Shown here piece by piece: positions 46,432 through 56,658 of a stretch of DNA of 64,000 nt. How positions within the stretch are numbered: the stretch's first letter is position 1; the number at the start of each line of letters is the position of its first letter. Source of the DNA: an uncultured bacterium (GTDB taxonomy: Bacteria; Actinomycetota; Acidimicrobiia; Spongiisociales; UBA5794). The notes below the pieces were generated by a model. The model was not told where the DNA came from. It searched no databases and worked only from the letters and a program-made list of their open reading frames with translations. The position numbers were made by a program, and so were the translations under genes. Location of the stretch: contig CAWDDT010000011.1 in assembly GCA_963801165.1 (NCBI GenBank), positions 352,001 to 416,000 of the forward strand, in the 5' to 3' direction.

Positions 46432-47877
46432 TCAGCAAGCGGCAGCAGACTCCAGGGCCACAGGGAGCAGCAGGGTGAACACGGTCCATCCGTCCTGCTC
46501 TGACAGAACGAGGTCGCCGTTCATCAATCGGGCGAGCCGCTTGGCAACCGAGATACCGAGCCCCAATGAGGCAGCCTCCGCCGGGTTGCTGTCGTCCCTG
46601 GCATACGGCTCGAACACGTGGTCGTGCAGATGCCGGGGAATCCCCGAACCGTTGTCCCGGACCTCGAGACGGACCATGCCGTCGCCGGTCCGGTGCACAT
46701 GCAGCCTGGCTGAGTCGCCACCACGCCGATCCGCGTTGGTGAGCAAATGGCGCAAGATCTGGCGCACCCGCCCGGGGTCGGCCCATGCGTCTATGTCGTC
46801 ATGGGCCACGAAGTCGGCACGCCGGGGATGCGAGCAGAGCACATCACCGACCAGCTTGCGAACTGAGACGATCTCAGGGACGATGACGACGGTCCCCGAC
46901 TCGGCCCGGGCGGCCAGCAGCAGATCGTCGACAATCGATGCCACCTCGCGGCTCTGCTCGGCCATCAGGGAAATCAGCTCAGCCCGCTCTTCGCTCGAGA
47001 ACTCATCGGCGTGTGCATCGAGCTCGGCGGCGAACCCGAGGACGGCCGTGAGCGGGGTCCTGACCTCGTGGCTCACAGAGGCGATGAACTCATCCTTTGC
47101 CGCCAGGAGCTCCTCCAACTTCGCCTTCGCATCGCGCCGCTCCCAATAGGCGCCGATCATCTCAGCGGTGGTTGTGAGCAGACGCACCTCATCCTCGCTC
47201 CAGATCCGGTCCCGGTCGTGTGACATGAACCCAACGCTGCCTACCCAGGTCTCCTCGATCGTGATGGGGAGCAGAACCTCGGTGCGGATCTGCATCGCCC
47301 GGTAGTAGTTGACGGTGGTTCGGTCGAGACCGCTGATGTGGGTTTGGTGCCCGAGCCCGGCACCCAGAGCTTCCTTCGCCTCCACCCCCACTCGCCAGCC
47401 TGTCAGCTCCCACCTGCCCGGATCGCTGCTATCCCCCGCATAGAGGATGTCCCGCACCGTCGCGGTGTTGCCGAGATGGTCTGGCGGCTCTGTCGAATTG
47501 GTCTCGAGGAAGACGGCGCTCACATCGACGGCGGCGAGGAGAGCTGCCAACGCCGTCCCCACCGGATCTGCGACGTCGTGCTTGAGCAGTGCCCGCGACG
47601 CGGTGGCGGCGGCCCTCTCCAGACGCGCGGAGCGATCGGCTTCAGACGAGCGGCCCCCCGCCCGAACCGTGGCGCGGCGAGACAGCATCAGCGCAGAAGC
47701 AACGAGAGCGACCGAGACTGTGAGGATGCCGGCGGTTCCTCCCCAGAGCAGCCACGCCAGACCCCCGCCACAGACCGCACCGCCGACGGTGGTTATAGCG
47801 GTGGGCGCAAGGTAGCCGGTCCTGCCCGGATGCAGGAGCGATGCCTCTTCCATGACGGCGCTCTGATAGCTGACCAC
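46432..47877 (-). CDS. Membrane GAF-domain sensor histidine kinase
   Basis: SVSHEVRTPLT, LLTNA, DNGSG, LGLGI; two N-terminal TMs; start uncertain. Confidence 0.88.
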   Translation of the reverse strand: MVSYQSAVMEEASLLHPGRTGYLAPTAITTVGGAVCGGGLAWLLWGGTAGILTVSVALVASALMLSRRATVRAGGRSSEADRSARLERAAATASRALLKHDVADPVGTALAALLAAVDVSAVFLETNSTEPPDHLGNTATVRDILYAGDSSDPGRWELTGWRVGVEAKEALGAGLGHQTHISGLDRTTVNYYRAMQIRTEVLLPITIEETWVGSVGFMSHDRDRIWSEDEVRLLTTTAEMIGAYWERRDAKAKLEELLAAKDEFIASVSHEVRTPLTAVLGFAAELDAHADEFSSEERAELISLMAEQSREVASIVDDLLLAARAESGTVVIVPEIVSVRKLVGDVLCSHPRRADFVAHDDIDAWADPGRVRQILRHLLTNADRRGGDSARLHVHRTGDGMVRLEVRDNGSGIPRHLHDHVFEPYARDDSNPAEAASLGLGISVAKRLARLMNGDLVLSEQDGWTVFTLLLPVALESAAAC

Positions 47878-47964
47878 GACTCCTCCATGAGTCACCAGTT
47901 CTCCTAGCTGTCGGCAGGAAATCCGGCGATACAAGCACCGACCCAACGCACGCCCGAAGACGGG

Positions 47965-48573
47965 TCACCCGACTATGTTCTGGCGGATCCACGCGTGCAT
48001 GGCGATCCCGGACGCCACCCCGGCGTTGATCGAACGCGTCGACCCGAACTGGGCGATGGAGTAGACGACATTGCAGTGCTGCTGCATCTCGGCGGACAGA
48101 CCCGGCCCCTCCTGGCCGAAGACGAGAACACACCGCCCCGGCAACGCGGCCGTCTCGAGCGGGAGCGCGCCCGGGACGATGTCGATGCCGATCAGCGGCA
48201 GATCCTCTCCATCGGCCCACCGGGCAAACTCACCGACCGTGGCGTGATGTGTTATGTGCTGGTACCGATCCGTCACCATCGCGCCCCGCCGGTTCCAACG
48301 GCGCTTGCCGACGATGTGCACTTCCTTTGCCAGGAAGGCGTTGGCGTTCCGCACAACCGTCCCGATGTTGAAGTCGTGCTGCCAGTTCTCGATGGCGACG
48401 TGGAAGGCGTGACGGCGTGTGTCCAGATCGGCGATGATCGCCGCTCTGCTCCAGTATCGGTACCGATCGAGGACGTTGCGCCGGTCCCCATGTGCCAGCA
48501 ACTCCTCATCGAGCCGGGGGTCATCGGGCCAGGGCTCGGGATGGGGGCCGACCCCCACTTCACGATCCGTCAT
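47965..48573 (-). CDS. TrmH/SpoU family RNA methyltransferase
   Basis: HDFNIGTVVRNANAF, FGQEGPG, RSINAGVASGIAM. Confidence 0.92.
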   Translation of the reverse strand: MTDREVGVGPHPEPWPDDPRLDEELLAHGDRRNVLDRYRYWSRAAIIADLDTRRHAFHVAIENWQHDFNIGTVVRNANAFLAKEVHIVGKRRWNRRGAMVTDRYQHITHHATVGEFARWADGEDLPLIGIDIVPGALPLETAALPGRCVLVFGQEGPGLSAEMQQHCNVVYSIAQFGSTRSINAGVASGIAMHAWIRQNIVG

Positions 48574-48583
48574 GACAGCGAGG

Positions 48584-49381
48584 TTAGGCAAATAACCGGG
48601 TTCGGCCGGCCAGCCTGCCGTGACGGCGTCCCAGCGCATAGGTTGCGGTGGCAAGTCCGGCGGCGCCAACCGCCGCGGTCGTCGTGCGCACAACCCGCCG
48701 GGCGGTCCGGCTGAATTCGACGATGGGCCAACCGCGCGACCGGGCGACCGCCTCGAGCCCTTTGTCGGGATTCACAGCGACCGGATGGCCGACGGCCTCC
48801 AGCATGGGCAGGTCACTTGCCGAGTCGCTGTAGGAGTAGCAGAGGGCGAGGTCGTAGCCGCGTCTGTCTGCCATCCGTCGAATGGCGTCGGCCTTGGCCG
48901 GTCCGTAGCAGAAGGGCTCGGCGAGCAGGCCCGTATAGACGTCGTCGACCGCCTCGGCCACCGTGGCGATCGCTCCGGTCATCCCGAGCTCCTGGGATAG
49001 GTTCTGAACGATCTCGATGGGAGAAGCAGTGACCAGAAAGGTATCGCGTCCTGCCTCCGCGTGGAGACCGATGAAGCCCTGCGACTCTTTGCGGACATCG
49101 TCGAGCAAGCGGGGAATGACGTCGGCGGCGAGCGCCTCCAACTCCTGGACGGTTCGGCCCTTGATCGCTTGCAGTATCCGGTCCCTGACCGCATTGCTCC
49201 TCTCGTCGGATGCACCCGCGAACCTGAAGGCGATCGCCTTCCTGGCGTCGCCTAGTAGCTCGCTCGTCGGCATCATGCCCGCCCGCCACGCGGCTGCGCC
49301 AAACACAAAAGCGGACGATCCGGCTATGAGAGTCCTATCTAGATCGAAGAAAGCTGCCGCCGTCGGCCCGGTCTCACCCAT
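48584..49381 (-). CDS. HAD-IB family hydrolase
   Basis: AFFDLDRTL, VTAS, YSDSASDLPML, VAVNPD. Confidence 0.9.
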   Translation of the reverse strand: MGETGPTAAAFFDLDRTLIAGSSAFVFGAAAWRAGMMPTSELLGDARKAIAFRFAGASDERSNAVRDRILQAIKGRTVQELEALAADVIPRLLDDVRKESQGFIGLHAEAGRDTFLVTASPIEIVQNLSQELGMTGAIATVAEAVDDVYTGLLAEPFCYGPAKADAIRRMADRRGYDLALCYSYSDSASDLPMLEAVGHPVAVNPDKGLEAVARSRGWPIVEFSRTARRVVRTTTAAVGAAGLATATYALGRRHGRLAGRTRLFA

Positions 49382-49502
49382 TTCTGCATCCTCAGTCGCT
49401 CGAGCCCACGTTACCGGAGACGCGGCTTTTCGCCCGTGAGTATGAGCGAGAATCCGTCCCGGGAACGATGGCCCGGTCGGTAGCAGAGGGTACGATCCAT
49501 TG

Positions 49503-50675
49503 ATGAACCGTGACGACCGCAGCCGTGCCGCTGCCATGGACACCGTGCTTGCGGTCAGCCTGCTACTGGTCAGCCTCTTCTCGGTACTCGCCCTCAAGCA
49601 GGAGCCAGATCCGGCCATCACGCCGCTAGGCCCATTTGCCTACGTGCTCATCGCGGGTCAGACTCTCCCATTGATCTGGCGGCGGCGGTTCCCCACATAC
49701 GTGCTGGCCGTGATCGTGCTCTGCTTCATGATTGCCCGGGGCATCGACTACCCGACCTCGTGGGCGCTCTTTGGCATGTCTTTGGGCGTCTACACCGTGG
49801 GCTCCCAGCTCCCACCCAAACAATCACTGCTCGTCGGTAGCGTCGCCATCGACGTCGTTCTGCTTTGGACCGTGGTCGGCGTTCTCATTTACGATGTCCA
49901 GGTGCTGTCGCTTGTAGCCGAGGTGGCGGTTCTAGGACTTCCGCTGCTGATCGGACGGGAAACCTACCGGCGGCAACAGCGTCTGATTGATCTCGAGAAA
50001 CGGGCAATTGCCGCCGAGCACGAGCGAGAACAGCGGGCCGTTGAGGCGGTCACCCGGGAACGAGTGAGGATCGCACGGGAGTTGCATGACGTGGTGGCGC
50101 ATGAGATCACCGTCATGACCATCCAGTCCGCCGCAGCACGCCGGGTCCTCGCCCGGGACGCAGAGCAGGCCGACACGGCCATCAAGGCAGCAGAAGAGGC
50201 CGGCCACAGGGCACTCACCGAAGTCCGCCGGCTCCTCGGGATGCTGCGGACCACCGACCCAAGAGTCGCCGATCCCCAGACCGGTTTGGACGCGCTCGAT
50301 CGCCTTGTAGATCAGATGAACAGTGCCGGGCTAACCGCGACATTGACGGTGAACGGCGAGGTTCGCAACCTGCCTCTGGGGATCGACATCAACGCCTACC
50401 GCATCATCCAGGAGTCGCTCACCAACACACTCAAACATGGCGGTCCGAACGTGAATGTCCACGTGGCCATCACCTACGATCACGATCTCCTCAGGATCGA
50501 AGTGAGCGACGACGGCCGTGGTGCGGCTGCTGAGAGAGCCGGAAACGGTGCCCCCGGTCAGGGTCTCGTCGGGATGCACGAGCGAGCAAGCCTTCTCGGC
50601 GGCGCTCTCCACGCCGGCCCGAGACCCGGCGGCGGATACCGGGTTACCGCCCGGATCCCGATACCCTCGCCATGA
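49503..50675 (+). CDS. HisKA_3 membrane sensor histidine kinase
   Basis: ERVRIARELHDVVAH, YRIIQESLTNTLKH, GQGLVGMHER. Confidence 0.93.
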   Translation: MNRDDRSRAAAMDTVLAVSLLLVSLFSVLALKQEPDPAITPLGPFAYVLIAGQTLPLIWRRRFPTYVLAVIVLCFMIARGIDYPTSWALFGMSLGVYTVGSQLPPKQSLLVGSVAIDVVLLWTVVGVLIYDVQVLSLVAEVAVLGLPLLIGRETYRRQQRLIDLEKRAIAAEHEREQRAVEAVTRERVRIARELHDVVAHEITVMTIQSAAARRVLARDAEQADTAIKAAEEAGHRALTEVRRLLGMLRTTDPRVADPQTGLDALDRLVDQMNSAGLTATLTVNGEVRNLPLGIDINAYRIIQESLTNTLKHGGPNVNVHVAITYDHDLLRIEVSDDGRGAAAERAGNGAPGQGLVGMHERASLLGGALHAGPRPGGGYRVTARIPIPSP

Positions 50676-51352
50676 CGTCGGCCAAGCTACGCGTCCTCGT
50701 CGTCGACGATCAGGCCCTGGTCCGCGCCGGGTTCACCATGATCCTCGACTCCGAAGCCGACATCGAGGTCGTCGGTGAGGCGGCAAACGGCCGCGACGCT
50801 CTTGCCGCTGCTCGGAAGCTGTCTCCCGATGTGATTCTGATGGACATACGGATGCCTGAGATGGACGGCATCACCGCTACCCGTGAGCTCATGGAGGCGA
50901 ACGCGCCGGATGGCGCAGGTCCCAAGGTGATCATCCTGACGACGTTCGACCTGGACGACTACATCTACGACGCAATTCGGGCCGGAGCGAGCGGGTTCCT
51001 GCTGAAGGACACACCACCAGACGAGCTAGCGGACGCGATCCGAGTGGTTGCCAGCGGCGACGCATTGCTGTCGCCGTCGATCACCCGCAAGCTGCTCGGG
51101 CAGTTCGTCAAAACGCCAACGACGCCAGCTCGCACGTTCGCCGTCGACCAGCTGACGGAGCGCGAGGAGGAGGTGCTTTGTCAGCTCGCCCGCGGTCGAT
51201 CCAACGCTGAGATCGCTGAGGCGCTATTCGTGTCTGAGACGACGGTGAAGACCCACGTCTCGCACATCCTCACCAAGCTCGAACTCCGCGATCGTGTGCA
51301 AGCAGTCGTCATCGCCTACGAGTCCGGCCTCGTCGTCCCCGGCGACCCCTAA
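50672..51352 (+). CDS. NarL/LuxR response regulator
   Basis: VVDDQ, LMDIRMP, LTEREEEVL...TVKTHV. Confidence 0.95.
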   Translation: MTSAKLRVLVVDDQALVRAGFTMILDSEADIEVVGEAANGRDALAAARKLSPDVILMDIRMPEMDGITATRELMEANAPDGAGPKVIILTTFDLDDYIYDAIRAGASGFLLKDTPPDELADAIRVVASGDALLSPSITRKLLGQFVKTPTTPARTFAVDQLTEREEEVLCQLARGRSNAEIAEALFVSETTVKTHVSHILTKLELRDRVQAVVIAYESGLVVPGDP

Positions 51353-51371
51353 CCACCGCCCCCTCCCGCTT

Positions 51372-51416
51372 CTTGCGTAGCGTGTGCCGGTACCCCGGCA
51401 TGTCCTACGCCGAAAG
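51372..51416 (+). repeat. Left GTAG-tagged palindromic repeat
   Basis: GCGTAG..GTGCCGG TACC CCGGCAT..CTACGC. Confidence 0.8.
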
Positions 51417-52367
51417 CGTGGCAGAGGGTTGTCGAGTCTTCGGTCGCGACAACGCATCCAGCGCCGCCTGGACTTGAGTGGTCACCCGGAGCGGATCTTC
51501 CTCGAGATCCCACCACGTGAATCGCAACACGGTCCAGCCGAGCACGACAGCAGAGTTCTGCTTAGAGCGATCACGGCGAAACGTGAGTCTGTCCATGTGG
51601 TGGGCCTCGCTATCGAGCTCGATGAGGATGTGCTCCGTCGGATAGGCGAAATCGGCTCGGCACACGAACCGTCCACCGTGACCCCTAACCGTGTACTGAG
51701 GCTGCGGCTCCGGCAACCCCGCCTCGTGGAGCGTCTCTCGAAAGCGGTCTTCGAGAACGCTCTCGGTAATCGTGTCCCACTTCCTTCGTGCCACGAGAAG
51801 CGGACGTATCACCCCCACACCTCGTCTTCCTCTGCGCGCCACGCGAGCCACGAACGCCTCCACATCTTTCAGAGTGAGCAACTGCCGTCTGATTCCAGTC
51901 TCGAGTGCGCCCTCGACCGCCCACGGGCTGGTCGCCCCGAGATCAACAACCGTTCGAGCCGGGGTTGTGATCGGAAGTCCATCCAGCGTCTTGATATCGG
52001 CGGCGACGAGATCGAGCGATTCGTGGATAGTGACACCGGTCTGCGGCACCCTGTCCCATCGCGTGGTAACGACCTCTAGGTGCCGGGCTTCCCCGGTGAC
52101 GAGCCCCCACATCTCGGCCGCGGCTCGGTGCGATACCGCGACTAAACCAGGCATGGAGAGCACGGCAATCGTCAGCCTCTGTTCTCCCGTGGATGGGCAA
52201 CCGCCAACGACAAACACAGCTGGGGCTGCCCGGCGAAATCGTCCTGCCACAACACCATCACTGAGTGTGCTGTCGGCGATTCCTAATCTTCGCGCATCAG
52301 CTCTGGTGAAAACGCCATGGTGATCGGCGGCGAACTCCGACAGTTGGTGATAGCTCTGTTTCTTCAT
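51405..52367 (-). CDS. AbiEi-like N-terminal domain + DUF559 (PD-(D/E)xK) endonuclease domain protein
   Basis: HHGVFTR, VSHRAAAEMWG, TTPARTVVDL, ESVLE, RADFAYP..ILIELDS..HH..D..K..GWTVLRFTW. Confidence 0.88.
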   Translation of the reverse strand: MKKQSYHQLSEFAADHHGVFTRADARRLGIADSTLSDGVVAGRFRRAAPAVFVVGGCPSTGEQRLTIAVLSMPGLVAVSHRAAAEMWGLVTGEARHLEVVTTRWDRVPQTGVTIHESLDLVAADIKTLDGLPITTPARTVVDLGATSPWAVEGALETGIRRQLLTLKDVEAFVARVARRGRRGVGVIRPLLVARRKWDTITESVLEDRFRETLHEAGLPEPQPQYTVRGHGGRFVCRADFAYPTEHILIELDSEAHHMDRLTFRRDRSKQNSAVVLGWTVLRFTWWDLEEDPLRVTTQVQAALDALSRPKTRQPSATLSA

Positions 52368-52412
52368 GCCACCAATATGAGCTGTCGGACCGACATGCAC
52401 CCGCCACCCGCC

Positions 52413-52457
52413 CTTGCGGCGTAGACCGTGCCGGGATACCGGCACGGTCTACGCAAG
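52413..52457 (-). repeat. Right GTAG-tagged palindromic repeat (perfect 16-bp stem)
   Basis: GCGTAGACCGTGCCGG GATA CCGGCACGGTCTACGC. Confidence 0.85.
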
Positions 52458-52473
52458 TTCGGTAGGGGCGGCG

Positions 52474-55035
52474 CTACTCGTAGGCGATGGATTCGAGGAT
52501 GTTGAGCTTGGCCGCACGGCGGGCGGGGAGGATGGCTGCCAGCAAGCCGGCAACGACACCGAACAGCACCAGCCCGATGATCTGACCCGTCGGAATCGAC
52601 AGGACATCGATGCCCTGGGAGGACAACGCCGACGTGACAACCACCCCGAAGAACAAACCCAGCACCACACCGAGCAAAGCACCGATGACGGCGACGATGA
52701 TCGCCTCCCACCGGATCATTCTGCGTATCTGGCCCCTCGTCATGCCGACCGCCCGCAGCAGCCCGATCTCACGGGTCCGCTCGAAGACGGACAGTGCGAG
52801 AGTGTTCGTGATGCCGACCATGGCGATGATCACAGCCAGCGCCAGCAGCGCGTTGAACATCACGAGAATCGTATCCACCTGCGCAGCCTGCGACTTCCGG
52901 TATTCGGTCTGATCGCGCACCTCGACATTCGGATAGTCGGCGGCGGCGGCCTCGACAACGGCCCGCGATGCCTCCGGGGATACGCCATCTGCTGCCTTGA
53001 CCGCCAGCACGTAATCAACGTCGGTGCCGAAGCCCTCGAAGTTGGCCTTGTAGGTATCCATGCCTATCAGGTAGTTCGACTGGACGACGGCCGCCTCGGT
53101 GTAGATGCCGACGATCGGCATCTGTTGAAGCCCGGTTGTCGCCAGCCCCATAGGTACTGTGTCGCCGACGGTCCAGCCCTCGTTGTCGGCAATGTCTTTC
53201 TGGACGAAAACGCCGCCGTCAGCGAGCGCAGCGATGGACCCATCGACAACACCGAGCTCTATGGTCTGCTCGACCGTGTCTGTGTCGATGCCCATGACGA
53301 AATCCTCGGTGCCGTTGTTGTCCCAGTAACCGAACCGAAGCGCAGAGACTGCTGCGATCTCCGGGGCTTTGCTGATGGTCTCTCCCAGCAGGGGACTGAA
53401 GCCACCGCTGAAGCCATTCACGCTGAGCACGTAGTCGGCACGAAGGCCCTTCTCGATAGCGGCGCTGGCAGATGCCTTGATCGAGCTGCCAAGTACGAAG
53501 AAGAACCCGACCAGCGCCAGCCCGATCATCAGAGCCGATGCGGTAGTAGCAGTGCGGCGGGGCTTGCGGGTCGTATTCTCGATCGCGAGTGTCCCGGTCA
53601 GGTTGTCGAGCCTGGGAAGGGGCCAGCCGAGCGTGCGAGCCACCGGTTTGACCACTCGCGAACTGAGCAGGCTGACGGCAAGGAACACTAAGAGCGCCCC
53701 GACGCCAACCGCCGACAGCTCATTGAGCGGACCTAGAGCGACGACATAGCCGAACAACCCGTCGACAACCAAAGCCAGACCAACGGCTAAAACGATCGAG
53801 CCGATGATGGTGCGCTTCCGATCCGACATCCGCAGCCGGACGTCGACATCCTGAAGCGCCGCCACGGGTGGAATCCGCGATGCCCGGATCGCCGGCAGCA
53901 CCGCGGCCGCCAGCGTCACAATGACACCCACCGAGAGCGCAACGACGATGGTGCGCATGGCCAGCGGAGCGGCCGTCGACGGCATGTCGAAACCGATCGC
54001 GCCCATAACCGCTGTGAGCCCGCGGGCGATCACGAAGCCGAGCGCGATACCGAGTATCGAGGCAACGAGTGCCACCAGCAGCGCTTCGATGACCACCATC
54101 CAAATGACCTGGGTACCGGTGGCTCCCACGGCACGCAGCAACGCCAACTCCTTCTGGCGCTGCCTGACGATGATGCGGAACGTGTTCTGGATGATGAAAG
54201 AGGCGACGAACACCGAGACGGCGGCAAAGACGAGCAGCGCAGTGTTCAAGAAGCCCAGGCTCTCGGACAACGCCTGGGATTGCGAGGCTGACTCATCTGC
54301 GGCGGTCACGGCTTCGATACCTGCGGGCAGAGCCGCGGCGATGCTGTTTCGCAGTATGCCGGCACTCGTACCGTCTTCGGCGACGACCGAGATCGTGGAG
54401 TACTGCCCCTGGAGACCGAACAGCTCCTGTGCCGTCTTCAGGTCGAACCCGGCCCACGTTGCTCCCGACAGGTTGTCGGAGTCACCGAAACGCAACGTGG
54501 CGACGATCTCATACTCGGCGACCTTTTCCGGGGTTTGCACCTTGACGACGTCGCCAACGTGGAGATCATGGTCGTCGGCCGTGCGGGCATCGATAGCCAC
54601 CTCGTTGGGTGCCGTTGGAACCCGGCCATCGCGGAGGCCGATGTTGCCGGAGAGGCGGAGATCACCCGTCATCGAGCCGCCAATTGTCGGCGGACCGGTG
54701 GGCACAATCGCCTTGTCTTCCCTGTCGTAGATGATCGCAAAGCCGCCGACGCCGCCTTCGGCTGCGGCGACTCCCGGGACCGAAAGAACGGTGTCGAGAA
54801 CGCTCTCGTCCATGGGCGGTGGCCCGCTGAAACCAACGTCGAACTCGCTGGCCGATTGAACGATGACGTCCTGGCCGGCATAAATGTTGTCGTACATCTG
54901 GCTGAATGTCTTGTCGATGGTGTCGGTGAAGATGTAGGTACCGGCGACGAAGGCGACGCCAATCATCACCGACAGCGCCGTCAATACCAGACGTAGCTTG
55001 TGGGCAAAGGCAGTCTTGAGTGCTGTGCGGATCAT
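52474..55035 (-). CDS. FtsX/MacB-type ABC exporter permease
   Basis: Two FtsX halves: RQRQKELALLRAVGAT and ERTREIGLLRAVGM. Confidence 0.93.
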   Translation of the reverse strand: MIRTALKTAFAHKLRLVLTALSVMIGVAFVAGTYIFTDTIDKTFSQMYDNIYAGQDVIVQSASEFDVGFSGPPPMDESVLDTVLSVPGVAAAEGGVGGFAIIYDREDKAIVPTGPPTIGGSMTGDLRLSGNIGLRDGRVPTAPNEVAIDARTADDHDLHVGDVVKVQTPEKVAEYEIVATLRFGDSDNLSGATWAGFDLKTAQELFGLQGQYSTISVVAEDGTSAGILRNSIAAALPAGIEAVTAADESASQSQALSESLGFLNTALLVFAAVSVFVASFIIQNTFRIIVRQRQKELALLRAVGATGTQVIWMVVIEALLVALVASILGIALGFVIARGLTAVMGAIGFDMPSTAAPLAMRTIVVALSVGVIVTLAAAVLPAIRASRIPPVAALQDVDVRLRMSDRKRTIIGSIVLAVGLALVVDGLFGYVVALGPLNELSAVGVGALLVFLAVSLLSSRVVKPVARTLGWPLPRLDNLTGTLAIENTTRKPRRTATTASALMIGLALVGFFFVLGSSIKASASAAIEKGLRADYVLSVNGFSGGFSPLLGETISKAPEIAAVSALRFGYWDNNGTEDFVMGIDTDTVEQTIELGVVDGSIAALADGGVFVQKDIADNEGWTVGDTVPMGLATTGLQQMPIVGIYTEAAVVQSNYLIGMDTYKANFEGFGTDVDYVLAVKAADGVSPEASRAVVEAAAADYPNVEVRDQTEYRKSQAAQVDTILVMFNALLALAVIIAMVGITNTLALSVFERTREIGLLRAVGMTRGQIRRMIRWEAIIVAVIGALLGVVLGLFFGVVVTSALSSQGIDVLSIPTGQIIGLVLFGVVAGLLAAILPARRAAKLNILESIAYE

Positions 55036-55038
55036 GTC

Positions 55039-55785
55039 CTAACCCCCAAACGTGCGCATGCGGTCGATGACGCTGTCGGGGGTCGGATCGTCCAGCTCGT
55101 CGACGACCTTGCCGTCCTCGAGGAAAACCACCCGGTCCGCATAGGACGCCGCCACCGGATCATGGGTGACCATGACGATGGTCTGGCCGAACTCCTTGAC
55201 CGCCCGGCGCATGAAGTCGAGCAACTCGGCAGCGGATTTCGAATCTAGGTTCCCGCTCGGCTCGTCGGCAAACACGATGGCGGGCCGTGAGACCAGCGCA
55301 CGGGCCGCGGCGACCCGTTGCTGCTGGCCACCAGAGAGCTCAGAAGGCCGATGGCTCAACCGATCGGCCAGTCCGAGGATGTCGACGATCTGGTCGAACC
55401 AGGCCTCGTCGTGGTCCTCTCCCGCAATCAGCAGCGGCAGCAGCACGTTCTCACGGGCGTTCAGCGTCGGAATCAGGTTGAACGCCTGGAATACGAAACC
55501 GACCTTCTTGCGTCGCAACAGCGTGAGATCCTTGTCGCTGAGCGGTCCGAGCTCGGTATCGCCGATGAACACCTTCCCCGACGTGAGCTCGTCCAGACCG
55601 GCAACACAGTGCAACAACGTCGACTTGCCGCTGCCCGACGGGCCCATGATGGCCGTGAACACGCCGGTCTCGAATTCGGCGGACACCCCATTGAGGGCTC
55701 GCACCTCGGTGTGACCCTCGCCATAGATCTTGTATGCGTCTTCGATCCGAGCGGCGAGCCGCGTCGGAGTCTCCACTGTCGTCAT
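55039..55785 (-). CDS. ABC exporter ATP-binding protein (LolD/MacB-like)
   Basis: GPSGSGKST, LSGGQQQR, ADEPSGNLD. Confidence 0.95.
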   Translation of the reverse strand: MTTVETPTRLAARIEDAYKIYGEGHTEVRALNGVSAEFETGVFTAIMGPSGSGKSTLLHCVAGLDELTSGKVFIGDTELGPLSDKDLTLLRRKKVGFVFQAFNLIPTLNARENVLLPLLIAGEDHDEAWFDQIVDILGLADRLSHRPSELSGGQQQRVAAARALVSRPAIVFADEPSGNLDSKSAAELLDFMRRAVKEFGQTIVMVTHDPVAASYADRVVFLEDGKVVDELDDPTPDSVIDRMRTFGG

Positions 55786-55909
55786 GCGGGATTTCCTCTC
55801 CTGATCCGGGTACCGCCTGAACCGTATGGCATTGCGGGTCGGTTGACGTCGGCCGGACGGTCGATTCCATCTCATCCCGAAGGACGATTCGGGGTCGTAA
55901 GATCTGGAG

Positions 55910-56617
55910 ATGACAGCAACAGTCTTTGTCCACGGCGCCGGCTTGAGCAGCTCGTGCTGGACCTACCAGACACGCTTCTTCGCCGATTCGGTTGCGGTGG
56001 ACCTGCCGGGCCACGGCGAGTCCGACGGTCCGGCATTCGTCTCGATCTCCGACTATGCCCGCTGGCTAGGGGAGGACATCCGCCGCTCCGGCCCTGCGCC
56101 GGTCACGCTGATAGGGCACTCTATGGGGTCGTTGGTCGCGCTCGAGACTGCGGCCCACAACCCGGATATGGTTGCTCGCCTCGTTCTCATCGGCACGTCC
56201 GCCACCATGCAGGTCAACCCTGACCTGCTCGCGGCGGCGAAGGCCCGGGACGCGTCGGCGGCGGCAATGGTGATCAAGTGGACGCTGCCGAGCGCCAGCG
56301 GGTACGGCCGGCCTAAGAAGTGGCTGCTCGCAATCTCGGATGATCTCATGAACACGGCAGCCAGTGGAGTCATGGCGAGCGACCTCACGGCATGTTCCGA
56401 ATACACCGAGGCGATCGCCATGGCCGAGAGGGTTCGCTGCCCGGTGCTTCTCGTGCTCGGCGAGAACGACAAAATGACGCCCCCGCCCGGCGCCCAGCCG
56501 TTGGCGGCCGCCATCACCGATGCCCGCATCGTCGTCATCGAGAAGGTGGGTCACATGCTGCAGCTGGAGAAACCCGCCGAGGTCAACGACGCAATCAGCC
56601 TGTTCTTGGAAATGTGA
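55910..56617 (+). CDS. Alpha/beta hydrolase
   Basis: VHGAG, DLPGHG, GHSMG, GEND, GHM. Confidence 0.9.
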   Translation: MTATVFVHGAGLSSSCWTYQTRFFADSVAVDLPGHGESDGPAFVSISDYARWLGEDIRRSGPAPVTLIGHSMGSLVALETAAHNPDMVARLVLIGTSATMQVNPDLLAAAKARDASAAAMVIKWTLPSASGYGRPKKWLLAISDDLMNTAASGVMASDLTACSEYTEAIAMAERVRCPVLLVLGENDKMTPPPGAQPLAAAITDARIVVIEKVGHMLQLEKPAEVNDAISLFLEM

Positions 56618-56658
56618 CTGATACCCCTATCACGACATCGCGGCTACGTTGGGCAGCG

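Larger units (their letters stand above)
51353..52473. mobile_element. Putative mobile unit: AbiEi-DUF559 gene between inverted REP-like hairpin repeats
   Basis: 51372-51416 is 37/45 identical to the reverse complement of 52413-52457; similarity extends outward to both flanking stop codons. Confidence 0.55.
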
